Origin: a bacterium
GTDB taxonomy: Bacteria > Patescibacteriota > Microgenomatia > Daviesbacterales > UBA10151
Reading direction: 5' to 3'
Length of the DNA: 64,000 bases
Assembly (NCBI GenBank): GCA_021786315.1
Contig: JAJYNN010000002.1
Location: 398,997 to 462,996 of the forward strand
Shown: one piece after another, positions 11,582 to 21,141 of the stretch
How positions within the stretch are numbered: the stretch's first letter is position 1
Layout: each line of letters starts with the position of its first letter
The notes under the pieces: generated by a model
Told to the model about the DNA's origin: nothing
The model's input: the letters and a program-made list of their open reading frames with translations, nothing else
Database searches by the model: none
Made by a program: the position numbers and the translations under genes

Positions 11582-12156
11582 GAAAAAACGGATTTAGTGT
11601 GAAGCGCGAAGCCAAGGGTTTCACCCTTGTGGAACTAATGGTGGTAGTCGGAATAATGGGAATTTTGGCTGCTGTGTTGTTACCCCAGCTTGGCAATTTC
11701 AACCGTTTTCAAAGCCTCCAAGCTGCTGCAAACGAGCTTCAAACAAATTTTAGAAGAACGCAAAACAATGCGGCTAGCGGCGTTTCCTGTTCTGCTTCTG
11801 TAAGGGCGACAGATTGGCATTTATTGATTACCGACTCTTCGCACTACTCTATCGCTCCAACGTGTGCCGGTGCTACTTCCACCACCTATACCTTGCCCCG
11901 AGGCATAAAAATTTATAGTGCGTCTCTCGATTCCTGCGAGACTGTTGCTACCGGCAATGGCATTAATTTGTCTAATTTTGGTGTTGCCTACAATAATATT
12001 TCTGCGGCTGTAAACTTCCAAAGTGGAAATACAGGATGTTTAGTCTCCTCCTCCTCAAAACAATCGATCATAAAGTTATTTTTAGATAACGATACCAGCA
12101 AATACATTAAAGTCATAGTTGAAAGAGGCGGTTCTGTCTACTTAAGCTCCAACTAA
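11578..12156 (+). CDS. Minor pilin, FimT/GspH-like
   Basis: G/FTLVELMVV, LQAAANEL, terminal GGSV; ATG 11578 overlaps the upstream stop. Confidence 0.85.
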   Translation: MRKNGFSVKREAKGFTLVELMVVVGIMGILAAVLLPQLGNFNRFQSLQAAANELQTNFRRTQNNAASGVSCSASVRATDWHLLITDSSHYSIAPTCAGATSTTYTLPRGIKIYSASLDSCETVATGNGINLSNFGVAYNNISAAVNFQSGNTGCLVSSSSKQSIIKLFLDNDTSKYIKVIVERGGSVYLSSN

Positions 12157-12232
12157 AACTAACTCAATGTTCTCTGCTATTTCCTTGAAAAACTCAGCTT
12201 GAAAATATATAGTGGATGTAGCTACCTCTATA

Positions 12233-12811
12233 ATGAAAAAAACTGCCTCAAAATTCCTCGATACTTCTGGTCAAAGCTTGGTTGAAGTTTTGGTTGCTCT
12301 CACTGTTGCGGCTTTAGTTATTTTAGCTCTGGTTGTGGTTTCGTTAATGGGGCTTAAAAATGCCCAGTTTGCCCAAAATCAGGCAAAAGTGACCAAGTAT
12401 GCCCAGGAAGCAATTGATCAAGTTAGGGCGATCAGGGATAGGAATGGGAATGTAACCTTTCAGAATAACCTGTCTAACCCGGCTTGTACTCCCTGTAGCG
12501 GCAATACTTGCGCTTTTTCCGGGTTGTGGAGCTGTCAACTTACAAAATCCAGCGGATCTCCCTGTACTTTATCTCCCGGAAATGGATGTTACTTAGTGCT
12601 TTCCGCAGATGGAACTAGCCTGAGCGAACCGAGCAGTCTAAATAATGCGAACCAAAATTTAGGTGATGGTTTTTCTAGACAGGTAATTTTGGAAGATGGT
12701 GCTCCCGCTTTGGATTATTCAAAAGAAAAACGGGTAAGGGTTGTAGTCACTTGGACGGATTCCTCAGGAACGCATGAGTCAAATGTCCAAACAATTTTAA
12801 CTAAACATTAA
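12233..12811 (+). CDS. Minor pilin, PilV-like
   Basis: G/QSLVEVLVA, AQEAID, VRVVVTW. Confidence 0.85.
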   Translation: MKKTASKFLDTSGQSLVEVLVALTVAALVILALVVVSLMGLKNAQFAQNQAKVTKYAQEAIDQVRAIRDRNGNVTFQNNLSNPACTPCSGNTCAFSGLWSCQLTKSSGSPCTLSPGNGCYLVLSADGTSLSEPSSLNNANQNLGDGFSRQVILEDGAPALDYSKEKRVRVVVTWTDSSGTHESNVQTILTKH

Positions 12812-13476
12812 TGAAGCAAAAAGGTTTTAGTGCGAAGCGCGAAGTCAAGGGCTTCACCTTGATTGAAATACTAGTAGTCATGTCTATCATGGCTGTTTTG
12901 GGCTTAATTTTTACCAATACTTTGGTACAAACTTTAAGAAACCAAAATAAAGTTCGGGTAGTAAATCAGGTAAAACAAAATGGCCAGGTTGGCCTGGACC
13001 GGATATCCAATGAGATTCGCCAGGCAGAAAGGGTTTTTTGTATTAACGATAACCAGGCAAATACAGATACTCTTATTCTTTTCCGGCAGGGAGTTTATAC
13101 AAGGATCCGCTTTGCTGCACCTTCCCCTGCAAATAACCCTACTGCTAACGGCTATATTTCCATTGATTATCCTGATGCTGCCAATGCTGACTGCAACGGC
13201 GCTCAGTCTTTACCCCAGTCCCTGACAGATCAGGACACTAAAAATGGAGTGTCTATAGACTTTAATCCCTTAACTGCTGGGTTCCCGAAACTTCGTGATC
13301 CTCTCGTTTCTGATAAGATATTTACTAAGAACTCATTGCCGGGTTACCCTGACACAATAAACATTAAGTTCAGGGCCACTAGCGGGGTGTCAGCAGGCCG
13401 GATGTTTGAAAACCTGGTGTCGGATAACGGTGTCTTATTCGATACTACGGTGGAAGTAAGAGGAGGAAGAATGTAA
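12811..13476 (+). CDS. Minor pilin, PilW/GspJ-like
   Basis: G/FTLIEILVV, LDRISNEIRQA. Confidence 0.85.
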   Translation: MKQKGFSAKREVKGFTLIEILVVMSIMAVLGLIFTNTLVQTLRNQNKVRVVNQVKQNGQVGLDRISNEIRQAERVFCINDNQANTDTLILFRQGVYTRIRFAAPSPANNPTANGYISIDYPDAANADCNGAQSLPQSLTDQDTKNGVSIDFNPLTAGFPKLRDPLVSDKIFTKNSLPGYPDTINIKFRATSGVSAGRMFENLVSDNGVLFDTTVEVRGGRM

Positions 13477-14396
13477 TGTTTCAAAAAGGACAAACAATCA
13501 TTATTTTACTTTTGGTGGTGGTTATCGCTTTGGGTATTGGTTTGACTGTGGTTGGCCGAAGCATTACTGAAATTTCTACCTCCACAAAAACAGAGGAATC
13601 TACCCGAGCCTTTGCGGCAGCAGAAGCCGGGATCGAACGCGCACTTTCAAGGAATTCCGGGATAGGCCAAGGAAGCGCCGGGAATTTGAGTTTGGGAAGC
13701 TCTGATTTGACTAATCAATCCAGTGCCGATGTCAGCTGGAACCCGCTTTTGCCTGACACCAGTTTGGCTTTAGAATACCCGCCATTCGGCAAAGAAAGTT
13801 TCGCCCAGGTTTGGCTGGCAGATCCAATCCACTCAACAAACGGATACCCGAACGCATCTTATAACCAGAATAATTTTGATATTTATTTCGGCAAGATTGA
13901 TGATACCTATTACGCAGCAAATCCTGACCAAAAACCTGCTATTGAGGTTGTGGTTGTTTACCGTGACGGAAATAATTTTAATAGTATCAGCAATTTCTAT
14001 GATTCTTATTCCGGTACGAATCCCAGCAGCAGGAACAACAGTTTTTCCGGATGCGCTGCCTTAAAGCCTGCAAGCATAGTAACTAATCAAAACTCTAATT
14101 CAGGGAGAATTTTTTATTGTCAGGTTCATATCACGGGTTTTCCTTATAACGTTGGAGCAAACCAGTATCCGGTGATGGCGAGGATAAGAGTTTTGTACAG
14201 CAATATTAGCCACCCCGTGGCTCTCCAGCCTACCGGAGGCTCATCCCTGCCACGGCAGGTTGCAATTTTCACCTCGACTGGTGAGTCCGGAGGAGCACAG
14301 AAAACTATACGAACTATCCAGGTTTTCCAGCAAAAATCCGTCATGCCTAACCTTTTTAACTATGCACTATTTTCTGCAGGAGCACTAAACAAATGA
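13476..14396 (+). CDS. Minor pilin, PilX-like
   Basis: KG/QTIIILL without Glu5; AFAAAEAGIE PilX-N motif. Confidence 0.85.
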   Translation: MFQKGQTIIILLLVVVIALGIGLTVVGRSITEISTSTKTEESTRAFAAAEAGIERALSRNSGIGQGSAGNLSLGSSDLTNQSSADVSWNPLLPDTSLALEYPPFGKESFAQVWLADPIHSTNGYPNASYNQNNFDIYFGKIDDTYYAANPDQKPAIEVVVVYRDGNNFNSISNFYDSYSGTNPSSRNNSFSGCAALKPASIVTNQNSNSGRIFYCQVHITGFPYNVGANQYPVMARIRVLYSNISHPVALQPTGGSSLPRQVAIFTSTGESGGAQKTIRTIQVFQQKSVMPNLFNYALFSAGALNK

Positions 14397-14854
14397 CGAC
14401 AAAAAAAGAAAAGGGCTTCACCCTTGTAAGGCTACCTTCGCTTCGCGAACGATCTTGCAAGGGCTTTACCCTTGTGGAAGTGATGTTGGCGGTGGCGGCG
14501 GTTATCTTTTTAGGCTTTTTAGTTATGAGTCTGCCTTCGGCAATCTCTTCAATTAACCGGAGCAGGCACACTTCAATTGCAAAAGACATCGCCAGCCGTC
14601 AAATCGAAAAACTAAGAGAACAGACTTACGCTAATTTAGCCAACGGTACCAGCTCGTTTACCGATTCGGATTTGGATAGTCTGAATCAATCTTCTGCTTC
14701 CTACGAAATTGAAGACTGCCCCTCAAGTGTTTGTACGGACATTGGCGTTTATAAATTAAAACAGGTAAAAGCTTCAGTTTCTTGGAATGAATTAGGTGAT
14801 AATAAAAAAGTGGAGATGACTACACTTGTTGGTGAAGGAGGAATAGGACAATGA
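14393..14854 (+). CDS. Minor pilin, PilV-like, with a repeat inserted in its leader
   Basis: KGFTLV occurs twice; the second reads G/FTLVEVML. Confidence 0.85.
   Translation: MTTKKEKGFTLVRLPSLRERSCKGFTLVEVMLAVAAVIFLGFLVMSLPSAISSINRSRHTSIAKDIASRQIEKLREQTYANLANGTSSFTDSDLDSLNQSSASYEIEDCPSSVCTDIGVYKLKQVKASVSWNELGDNKKVEMTTLVGEGGIGQ
14421..14463 (+). repeat. Palindromic repeat family A, copy 2 (first hairpin only, in frame)
   Basis: CCCTTGTAAGGCTACC-TTCGC-TTC-GCGAA-CGATCTTGCAAGGG. Confidence 0.85.
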
Positions 14855-15498
14855 GGAAATTTTCAATTTTCAATTTTCAATTTTCAAATTCTGGTTTTAC
14901 CTTGGCGCGAAGTGCCAAAGGGAATTCTTTGGGATTCACTTTGGTGGAAACTTTAGTCGCTTCAGGAGTGGCCTTGATAGTGGGCACCCTATTGGTAGGA
15001 ATTTTAGTCAACCACAGTGGTTTGTCTTACAAAGAAAATGCCTTGGTAAACGAAGGCTTAAGCTTAAATGATGCTATGGGTAAGATTGACAACAATATCC
15101 GGGAATCTGCAGCGGTGGCAATCGGCTACCCGGAAAGTACCCCAACTTATACAACAGGAAACTCTGTTCTAGTGCTAAAGCTTCCCGCCCTATCCTCCTC
15201 CGGAACTATAGAAAACGTTTACGATTATGCGGTTATTGCCGCAGATATAACCCAACCAAAGGTGCTCCGGCTCCAAATTTTTCCCGATTCCCAAAGTATC
15301 CGCCAGCCGGCAAATACTGTGCTCACTACCCTCCTCAATTCCGTTACATTTAATTATTTAGACAGGAATGGAAATAGTGTAACTCCGGCAGATGCTTTTA
15401 AGGTTTCGGTTAATTTATCAGTTCTTTCGCAGACTGGGTCTATTGGTTCAAGCCGGTCGTCGGTTTCGACGACATCACTGAGGAACTATTCAAAATAA
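14851..15498 (+). CDS. Minor pilin, PilW-like
   Basis: G/FTLVETLVA; leader carries (AATTTTC)x4 and an earlier GFTL. Confidence 0.85.
   Translation: MRKFSIFNFQFSNSGFTLARSAKGNSLGFTLVETLVASGVALIVGTLLVGILVNHSGLSYKENALVNEGLSLNDAMGKIDNNIRESAAVAIGYPESTPTYTTGNSVLVLKLPALSSSGTIENVYDYAVIAADITQPKVLRLQIFPDSQSIRQPANTVLTTLLNSVTFNYLDRNGNSVTPADAFKVSVNLSVLSQTGSIGSSRSSVSTTSLRNYSK
14858..14885 (+). repeat. Heptamer tandem repeat (AATTTTC)x4 inside a pilin leader
   Basis: Four perfect units encoding FSIFNFQFS. Confidence 0.9.
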
Positions 15499-17276
15499 TG
15501 AAAAAAGAATCTGGCCAGATATTAGTTTTAGCAATAGTTGTTTCCGCTTTGGTTTTAATTAACACTTTGGTTATCATTGCCGGCTCGCAGATTTTTTCTC
15601 AGAACTCAAACTACAGTGTACAGGCCGGGCAAGCTGTAGCTTTGGCTGAGGCAGGAGTAGATAAGGCTGTCGCCTCACTTAACGCTTTTGGCGGAAATTA
15701 CTCGGGAGAGCCGGAAACTGCTTTAGGGTCGGGTTCGTTTTCGGTAGTAATAACTACCCCTGATGCTAACACCAAGGTTGTTGAGTCTACGGGTTATGTC
15801 CCTTCTAAGGCTAACTATAAAGCTAAAAAAAGCGTCAAAATTGTTGTTTCTAAAGGAGTGGGTGTCGCTTTTGTTTATGGTATCCAGGCAGCTGAAGGCG
15901 GATTGCAGATGTCCAACAACAGCACCGTTAACGGTTCTGTCTACTCGAATGGGAATATTATTATGAATAATAACGCCCGAATAACCGGCGATGCATATGT
16001 TGCGGGAGGGACAACCCCTAACCCCGACCAGTCTGAAGACTGTTCCTCGACCAATTGCACCGATTTCGTTTTCGGAAAAAATATAGGCGGAGAAAACCGT
16101 TTAGATGCGGCTCAAAGCTTCCAGCCTACAGTCAGTAATGTCTTAAATAAAGTTTCCCTCAAGTTAAAAAAGACAGGGTTCCCTTCCGACATTACCGTTC
16201 GTTTACTGCAGGACAATAACGGGCAGCCAAATAAGAACCAGGTTATTGCCTCAACGGTGCTTAGCGCCGGGTTAGTTGGTAGTGACTATGGTTTTGTTGA
16301 TGTAGCGTTCCCGGCTCCACCGAGCTTAACCTCAGGAACAACTTATTGGATTGTGCTCGATGCTTCGTCCGATTCTTCAAACTATTGGTCTTGGTCAGGG
16401 GATTTACTCCAGGGTTACACCGCAGGAAAAGCAATGTGGTCTCCTGACTGGCAGGCAGGAAACCCTTCCTGGAACTCTGTTTCCCTGGACTTGGGCTTCC
16501 AGACTTATCTTGGGGGCCAAGCGACGTATATTCAGGGTGCAAACGGAATAAGTATCGGGGGGAATACGCACGCGCATAGTTTAAAGGACTTAACAATTAC
16601 CGGTGGTGCTTATTACCAAGCTGCGACAAACATAACCGCCAGTAGCTACCACCCCGGAACTCCTGACCCGGCTGTGAGATCAATGCCAATTTCTGAACCG
16701 AATATTGCTACTTGGAAAAATGTTGCTTCAGACCCGAATCAGGGAGGCGGTACCTATATTGGGGATATTACTTCTTGTAGGGCAACCTTAGGTCCTGGTA
16801 AATATGTCGGTAACGTAACTTTCTCTAACAGCTGTAATGTAACTATCAAAGGTTTGGTTTGGATTACCGGCGATTTAAATTTAAACAACAACAATATACT
16901 TCAATTGGATCCGGCGTTTGGAGTTTCGTCAGGTGTAATTATCGTAGACGGTGTGATTAATATTGATAACAACAACAAACTCAAAGGTTCAGGCACTGCC
17001 GGAAGTTACTTAATGGCTCTGTCTACCCACGACTCTACTGTAGACGGATCTGTCGCCATTAATGTCTCCAACGGGGGCAATACCGGTATTTTATATACTA
17101 ATAAAGGCATAATTAGCCTCCAGAATACCAATCACCTGACAGAGGTTAGCGGATGGCAGATTGACCTGAGCAATGGGGTAATTATTGACTATGATACCGG
17201 GCTTGCAAGCTCCTTCTTCTCTTCGGGTCCTTCAGGATCCTACTCCCTGGTTAAAGGTACATACCAGCTAAAGTAG
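15498..17276 (+). CDS. Large PilX-like minor pilin, probable tip adhesin
   Basis: SG/QILVL, AVALAEAGVD, long Gly/Asn/Ser-rich beta region. Confidence 0.8.
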   Translation: MKKESGQILVLAIVVSALVLINTLVIIAGSQIFSQNSNYSVQAGQAVALAEAGVDKAVASLNAFGGNYSGEPETALGSGSFSVVITTPDANTKVVESTGYVPSKANYKAKKSVKIVVSKGVGVAFVYGIQAAEGGLQMSNNSTVNGSVYSNGNIIMNNNARITGDAYVAGGTTPNPDQSEDCSSTNCTDFVFGKNIGGENRLDAAQSFQPTVSNVLNKVSLKLKKTGFPSDITVRLLQDNNGQPNKNQVIASTVLSAGLVGSDYGFVDVAFPAPPSLTSGTTYWIVLDASSDSSNYWSWSGDLLQGYTAGKAMWSPDWQAGNPSWNSVSLDLGFQTYLGGQATYIQGANGISIGGNTHAHSLKDLTITGGAYYQAATNITASSYHPGTPDPAVRSMPISEPNIATWKNVASDPNQGGGTYIGDITSCRATLGPGKYVGNVTFSNSCNVTIKGLVWITGDLNLNNNNILQLDPAFGVSSGVIIVDGVINIDNNNKLKGSGTAGSYLMALSTHDSTVDGSVAINVSNGGNTGILYTNKGIISLQNTNHLTEVSGWQIDLSNGVIIDYDTGLASSFFSSGPSGSYSLVKGTYQLK

Positions 17277-17297
17277 ATTATGTGATACTATAATTGT

Positions 17298-18329
17298 ATG
17301 TCTGCCGAATATGCTGTTGGAGTCGATATTGGATCATCCTCAATTAAAGCTGTGGTCCTCTCCCACAAAGGCAATACTCCTAAATTAATTTCATTTGGTT
17401 CTATTGCCGCCCCTTCCCCCGGAATCACTTCGGACAATCCGGTTGACTTGGAAATGGAAGCCAAAGCGATTAAAACGTTAATTGCCTCGATCAAGTCTCC
17501 AACTACTTCTGTTGTTATAGCTCTGCCGGAATCGAAGATTTTTACCAGGGTTATTGAAGATTTGCCGTTTCTTTCAGATGAGGAATTGGCTTCAGCCATC
17601 CGCTACTCCGCCGAAGAGTTTGTTCCTTTGCCGGCTGACCAGGTAAATCTTTATTGGCAGGTAATTAACCGTTCAAAGCAGCAAAATTTTACTTCAGTTT
17701 TTGTCATTGCCTCACCTAAAAACACCGTTAATAAATACCTGAAGGTTTTAGATTTGGCAGGATTGAAGCCCCAGGCGTTAGAAACTGAGTTAATCGCCGC
17801 AACCAGGGCATTAGTCGGCAACAACCAGTATGCCCCAACTACAATGATCATTAACTTTGGCGCCGGATCGACAGATTTTGCGGTTGTTTCTAAAGGAACG
17901 ATCCAACTTACCAGATCGATTGGTACCGGTGGCTTAGCCTTAACCCGGGCAATTTCCCAATACCTTAATTTTGAGCCCATGCAAGCTGAAGAATACAAAA
18001 AAGTTTATGGACTATTGGAGGACCAGCTTGGAGGCAAAATCTACCAGGTTTTAAAACCTCTGGTGGATGTCATTGCCTCCGAAGCCCAAAGGGTGGTCCA
18101 GGCTTATCAAACAAAGAACCCCCAAAACCACATAAAACGGGTTGTTTTGGCCGGAGGAGGAGCAAAGCTTCCGGGGTTGGTCATCTATCTGGCAAATGTC
18201 TTAGGTTTGGAAATTCAGGAAGCGGATCCTTGGTATTTTATTGAAAAGGACAATAATATTCTACCCAAACAACTTGCTGAAGCTATCCAATATACTGTTG
18301 CTGTAGGGCTGGCGCTAAGAACAGAGTAG
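17298..18329 (+). CDS. pilM: Type IV pilus assembly protein PilM
   Basis: VGVDIGSSSIK, VVLAGGGAKLPGL, AVGLALR. Confidence 0.93.
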   Translation: MSAEYAVGVDIGSSSIKAVVLSHKGNTPKLISFGSIAAPSPGITSDNPVDLEMEAKAIKTLIASIKSPTTSVVIALPESKIFTRVIEDLPFLSDEELASAIRYSAEEFVPLPADQVNLYWQVINRSKQQNFTSVFVIASPKNTVNKYLKVLDLAGLKPQALETELIAATRALVGNNQYAPTTMIINFGAGSTDFAVVSKGTIQLTRSIGTGGLALTRAISQYLNFEPMQAEEYKKVYGLLEDQLGGKIYQVLKPLVDVIASEAQRVVQAYQTKNPQNHIKRVVLAGGGAKLPGLVIYLANVLGLEIQEADPWYFIEKDNNILPKQLAEAIQYTVAVGLALRTE

Positions 18330-18331
18330 CT

Positions 18332-18925
18332 ATGATTAAGGCTCCCGCTAAACAACCAAATAAAGAATCTTCCCATATTACCAAACTGGTGGTGAATCTT
18401 TTGCCTAATGAAATCTTGCTGCAGAGGAGGCAAAGCTCGAAACTTGCGCTTATCAACAAGATAAGTGTGGCTGCTTTAGTCAGCTTAATTTTCTTTGCTT
18501 CGGCTACTTTAGGGTTACGTATTTCTCAAAACATGAGCCTAAAAAATGCTGAACAAAATTTGGCTTATGCTAAGGAAAAGGTTTCGTCTTTTCAGGATAA
18601 GGAAGCAGCAGCGGTGGTTTTAAAGCAGCGTTTGTCACAAATAAAAACCTTAATGGGTGCGGACTCAAAGATTACCACTATTTTTAATTTGATTGTTTAC
18701 CTGACCCCGGTTGATGTTCAAATTACCGAAGCGTCTGTTGATAAAAATGGGAGTATGATTATGACTCTCACGACATCCTCCCTCCCCTCCCTGGAAACAT
18801 TAATCAGCAGCTTAGGGAATAAAGAAAAAAATTCCGATCTTGTTTCTAAAGTCGAGCTGCAAGGTTTATCTTTGGGCAAGGATTCAATTTACAGGATGGT
18901 GTTAAAAATCACTCCTAAAAACTAG
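18332..18925 (+). CDS. pilN: PilN-like protein
   Basis: VNLLP motif, TM helix, coiled coil; follows pilM. Confidence 0.8.
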   Translation: MIKAPAKQPNKESSHITKLVVNLLPNEILLQRRQSSKLALINKISVAALVSLIFFASATLGLRISQNMSLKNAEQNLAYAKEKVSSFQDKEAAAVVLKQRLSQIKTLMGADSKITTIFNLIVYLTPVDVQITEASVDKNGSMIMTLTTSSLPSLETLISSLGNKEKNSDLVSKVELQGLSLGKDSIYRMVLKITPKN

Positions 18926-18934
18926 AATAAAGAT

Positions 18935-19633
18935 ATGGATGAGCTAAAAAATATCTATAGGCAATATAAACTAATCATTTGGCCGGTGTTAAGCGGAGTG
19001 GCATCAATAATTATCCTGGCATTGGTGATAATTCCTCAGTTTATGTCTTATTTACAAGTAAAGGATGAGATAAATAAAACCCAAAACCATTCCAGTCGTT
19101 TGGAAGCAAAAGCTTCAGAGTTGGAACAATTTGATGAATCCGCCGCAAAAAAGAACCTACAGACCGCTTTCACGGTTTTGCCCGAGGACCAAGATGTACC
19201 CAAATCTTTGGCAATTTTACAATCACTGGTAAAAGCTTCCGCCTTGGAACTTAAAAATACAAATTTTATTTCAACTTCTAAAAATTCCGGAGGCAAAAGT
19301 AGCTTCCAGCTTAACCTAACTGTTGCGGGTCCCATTCCTCTGATCAGGAATTTTCTTTTAAGCCTTAAAGGTGCGCCTCAGATTTTTCAGGTTGAGTCTA
19401 TCAGTATCAAATTTGAAAACATGGGATCGGCTGTGGAGGCTACAATACCTATCTCAGTCTTTTACCAAAATGTGTCTAAGACTGTAACGAACTCAGACCA
19501 GCCGGTGCCGCAATTATCCAATGATGAGATTGAACTTTTAGACAAACTTTCTAAAATTACTGTCGGACTTGAAGCCTCAAGCAGTGCTGTATCGGCCTCT
19601 GTACCTTTGGGTAAATCAGACCCTTTTCAATAG
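18935..19633 (+). CDS. pilO: PilO-like protein
   Basis: TM helix, coiled coil, LPxxxDVP, terminal GKSDPF; follows pilN. Confidence 0.75.
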   Translation: MDELKNIYRQYKLIIWPVLSGVASIIILALVIIPQFMSYLQVKDEINKTQNHSSRLEAKASELEQFDESAAKKNLQTAFTVLPEDQDVPKSLAILQSLVKASALELKNTNFISTSKNSGGKSSFQLNLTVAGPIPLIRNFLLSLKGAPQIFQVESISIKFENMGSAVEATIPISVFYQNVSKTVTNSDQPVPQLSNDEIELLDKLSKITVGLEASSSAVSASVPLGKSDPFQ

Positions 19634-20314
19634 ATCCGGCCTGATTGCTTTAGTTTTTTCCAGGGATTTTTGCTCACGCCATTTTTTAATTTCCTGATGG
19701 TTTCCTGATGTTAAGACATTGGGGGCTGGTTCTCCTTCAAAGGTTTCCGGGCGGGTGTATTGCGGGTATTCAAGTTGCCCGGAAAGTGCGGGCGAGAAAC
19801 TTTCTTCGGTGGCAGCCTCCTCTTTCTTTAGCACTCCCGGAAGCAGCCGGACTATTGAATCAATTACCAATAAAGCTGGAAGTTCCCCCCCCGTTAAGAC
19901 ATAATCCCCAATTGAGATTTCAGCGTCAACATATTTATCAATAAACCTTTGGTCAATGCCTTCATAATGTCCGCAAATGATAACCAGGTGCTCGATCCCG
20001 GAAAGTTCCCAAGCCTGGGTTTCGTTGTAAGGTTTCCCTGATGCAGACATTAAAACTGTATACGGTTTTCGGGAAGATAAAGAATTTTTAGTTACGGATT
20101 CCCACGCGTTTGCCAAAACATCCGCCCGGAGTATCATGCCTGGGCCTCCCCCAAACGGCCGATCGTCTACGGATTTGTGGGTGCCGATACCAAATTCACG
20201 TAAATCAACGATCTCGTATTCCACCATGCCTTTATCTTGGGCGCGGTCCAGTATAGAGGTATTTAAAAAGGGATAAAAAAGGTCAGGAAATAAAGTTATT
20301 ACAGAGATCTTCAC
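19616..20314 (-). CDS. trmD: tRNA (guanine-N1)-methyltransferase
   Basis: VDDRPFGGGPGM, CGHYEGIDQR, SIGDYVLTGGE, YPQYTRP. Confidence 0.97.
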   Translation of the reverse strand: MKISVITLFPDLFYPFLNTSILDRAQDKGMVEYEIVDLREFGIGTHKSVDDRPFGGGPGMILRADVLANAWESVTKNSLSSRKPYTVLMSASGKPYNETQAWELSGIEHLVIICGHYEGIDQRFIDKYVDAEISIGDYVLTGGELPALLVIDSIVRLLPGVLKKEEAATEESFSPALSGQLEYPQYTRPETFEGEPAPNVLTSGNHQEIKKWREQKSLEKTKAIRPDLLKRV

Positions 20315-20554
20315 TTAGACTTCCTGTAAGCTAACATTGACTCTCAACCGGCTGTTTTCGGCCATTGCCCGGGCTACCAGCAGTCTTCTGATCGCTCGGA
20401 TAGTTTGGCCGGACTTGCCGATAACCATTCCCATATCTTCCGGATCAACAGTTAAGTTTAAATTTAAGGCCTCGGAAGTAGTGTCTTCCTCTATCTTTAC
20501 AGCATCCGGCTTGGAAACCAAATTTTTAACAATGTAATCTAAGAGATCTTTCAT
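20315..20554 (-). CDS. khpA: KH-domain RNA-binding protein (KhpA/YlqC)
   Basis: DMGMVIGKSGQTIRAIR; lies between rpsP and trmD. Confidence 0.9.
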   Translation of the reverse strand: MKDLLDYIVKNLVSKPDAVKIEEDTTSEALNLNLTVDPEDMGMVIGKSGQTIRAIRRLLVARAMAENSRLRVNVSLQEV

Positions 20555-21049
20555 TTACTCGCTTTTTTCTTCAGACTCTTCAGCTGGTTCTTCCTGGGGT
20601 TGCTCAGTCTGCTCTGTTTGTTCTGCTGGTGCAGCTTCTGCCTCTGCTTTCTCTGCTGTCTCTTCCGGTTCCACTGATTCGCTGACTAACTGATTTTCAG
20701 ATTCTCCGGTTTCATCTGGTTTCATCTGATCTTCTGATTTCTCTGATTCTACTGGAGCTGCTTGTGCCGCCGGCTTTTCTTCTTTTTCTTTCTTTGGTTT
20801 TCGGGGGGGCTTTTGGGGAGCCTGCTTGGTAATCCGAAGGTATCCGTCAGAAAATACTGCTCCGTTTTTGATCCATACTTCAATGCGGTCTTTCTTTAAG
20901 ATAATCTCTTTCGGTTCAGTTAACGGATTATAGGTACCGAGAAGTTCGAGGTATTTCCCGGTGCGCTTATTTCTTTCGTCAACAGCAACGACCCGGTAAA
21001 ACGGGCGCTTCTTTGAACCGATTCTCATTAACCTAATTTTTACTGACAT
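20555..21049 (-). CDS. rpsP: 30S ribosomal protein S16 with acidic tail
   Basis: VKIRLMRIGSKKRPFYRVV, ELLGTYNP. Confidence 0.96.
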   Translation of the reverse strand: MSVKIRLMRIGSKKRPFYRVVAVDERNKRTGKYLELLGTYNPLTEPKEIILKKDRIEVWIKNGAVFSDGYLRITKQAPQKPPRKPKKEKEEKPAAQAAPVESEKSEDQMKPDETGESENQLVSESVEPEETAEKAEAEAAPAEQTEQTEQPQEEPAEESEEKSE

Positions 21050-21141
21050 GACGGAAAGTATACCTAAAAATAGCTACAGATACAAGAGTAAGAATTGTTA
21101 CTTTTAATTTCTAATTTAAAATTATTTACAGTAGTTGGGAA

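Noticed and set aside
8059-15498. Pilin antigenic variation by silent cassettes or a shufflon
   Set aside because: Every pilin gene has its own start and N-terminal helix; no invertase or inverted recombination sites seen.
17298-19633. Missing pilP/pilQ, and rimM missing from the neighbouring rpsP-trmD cluster
   Set aside because: Expected for reduced CPR genomes without an outer membrane, and the genes could lie outside the window.
21094-21130. Possible heptamer array between rnc and rpsP
   Set aside because: Only about three degenerate AT-rich units with no complementary partner.
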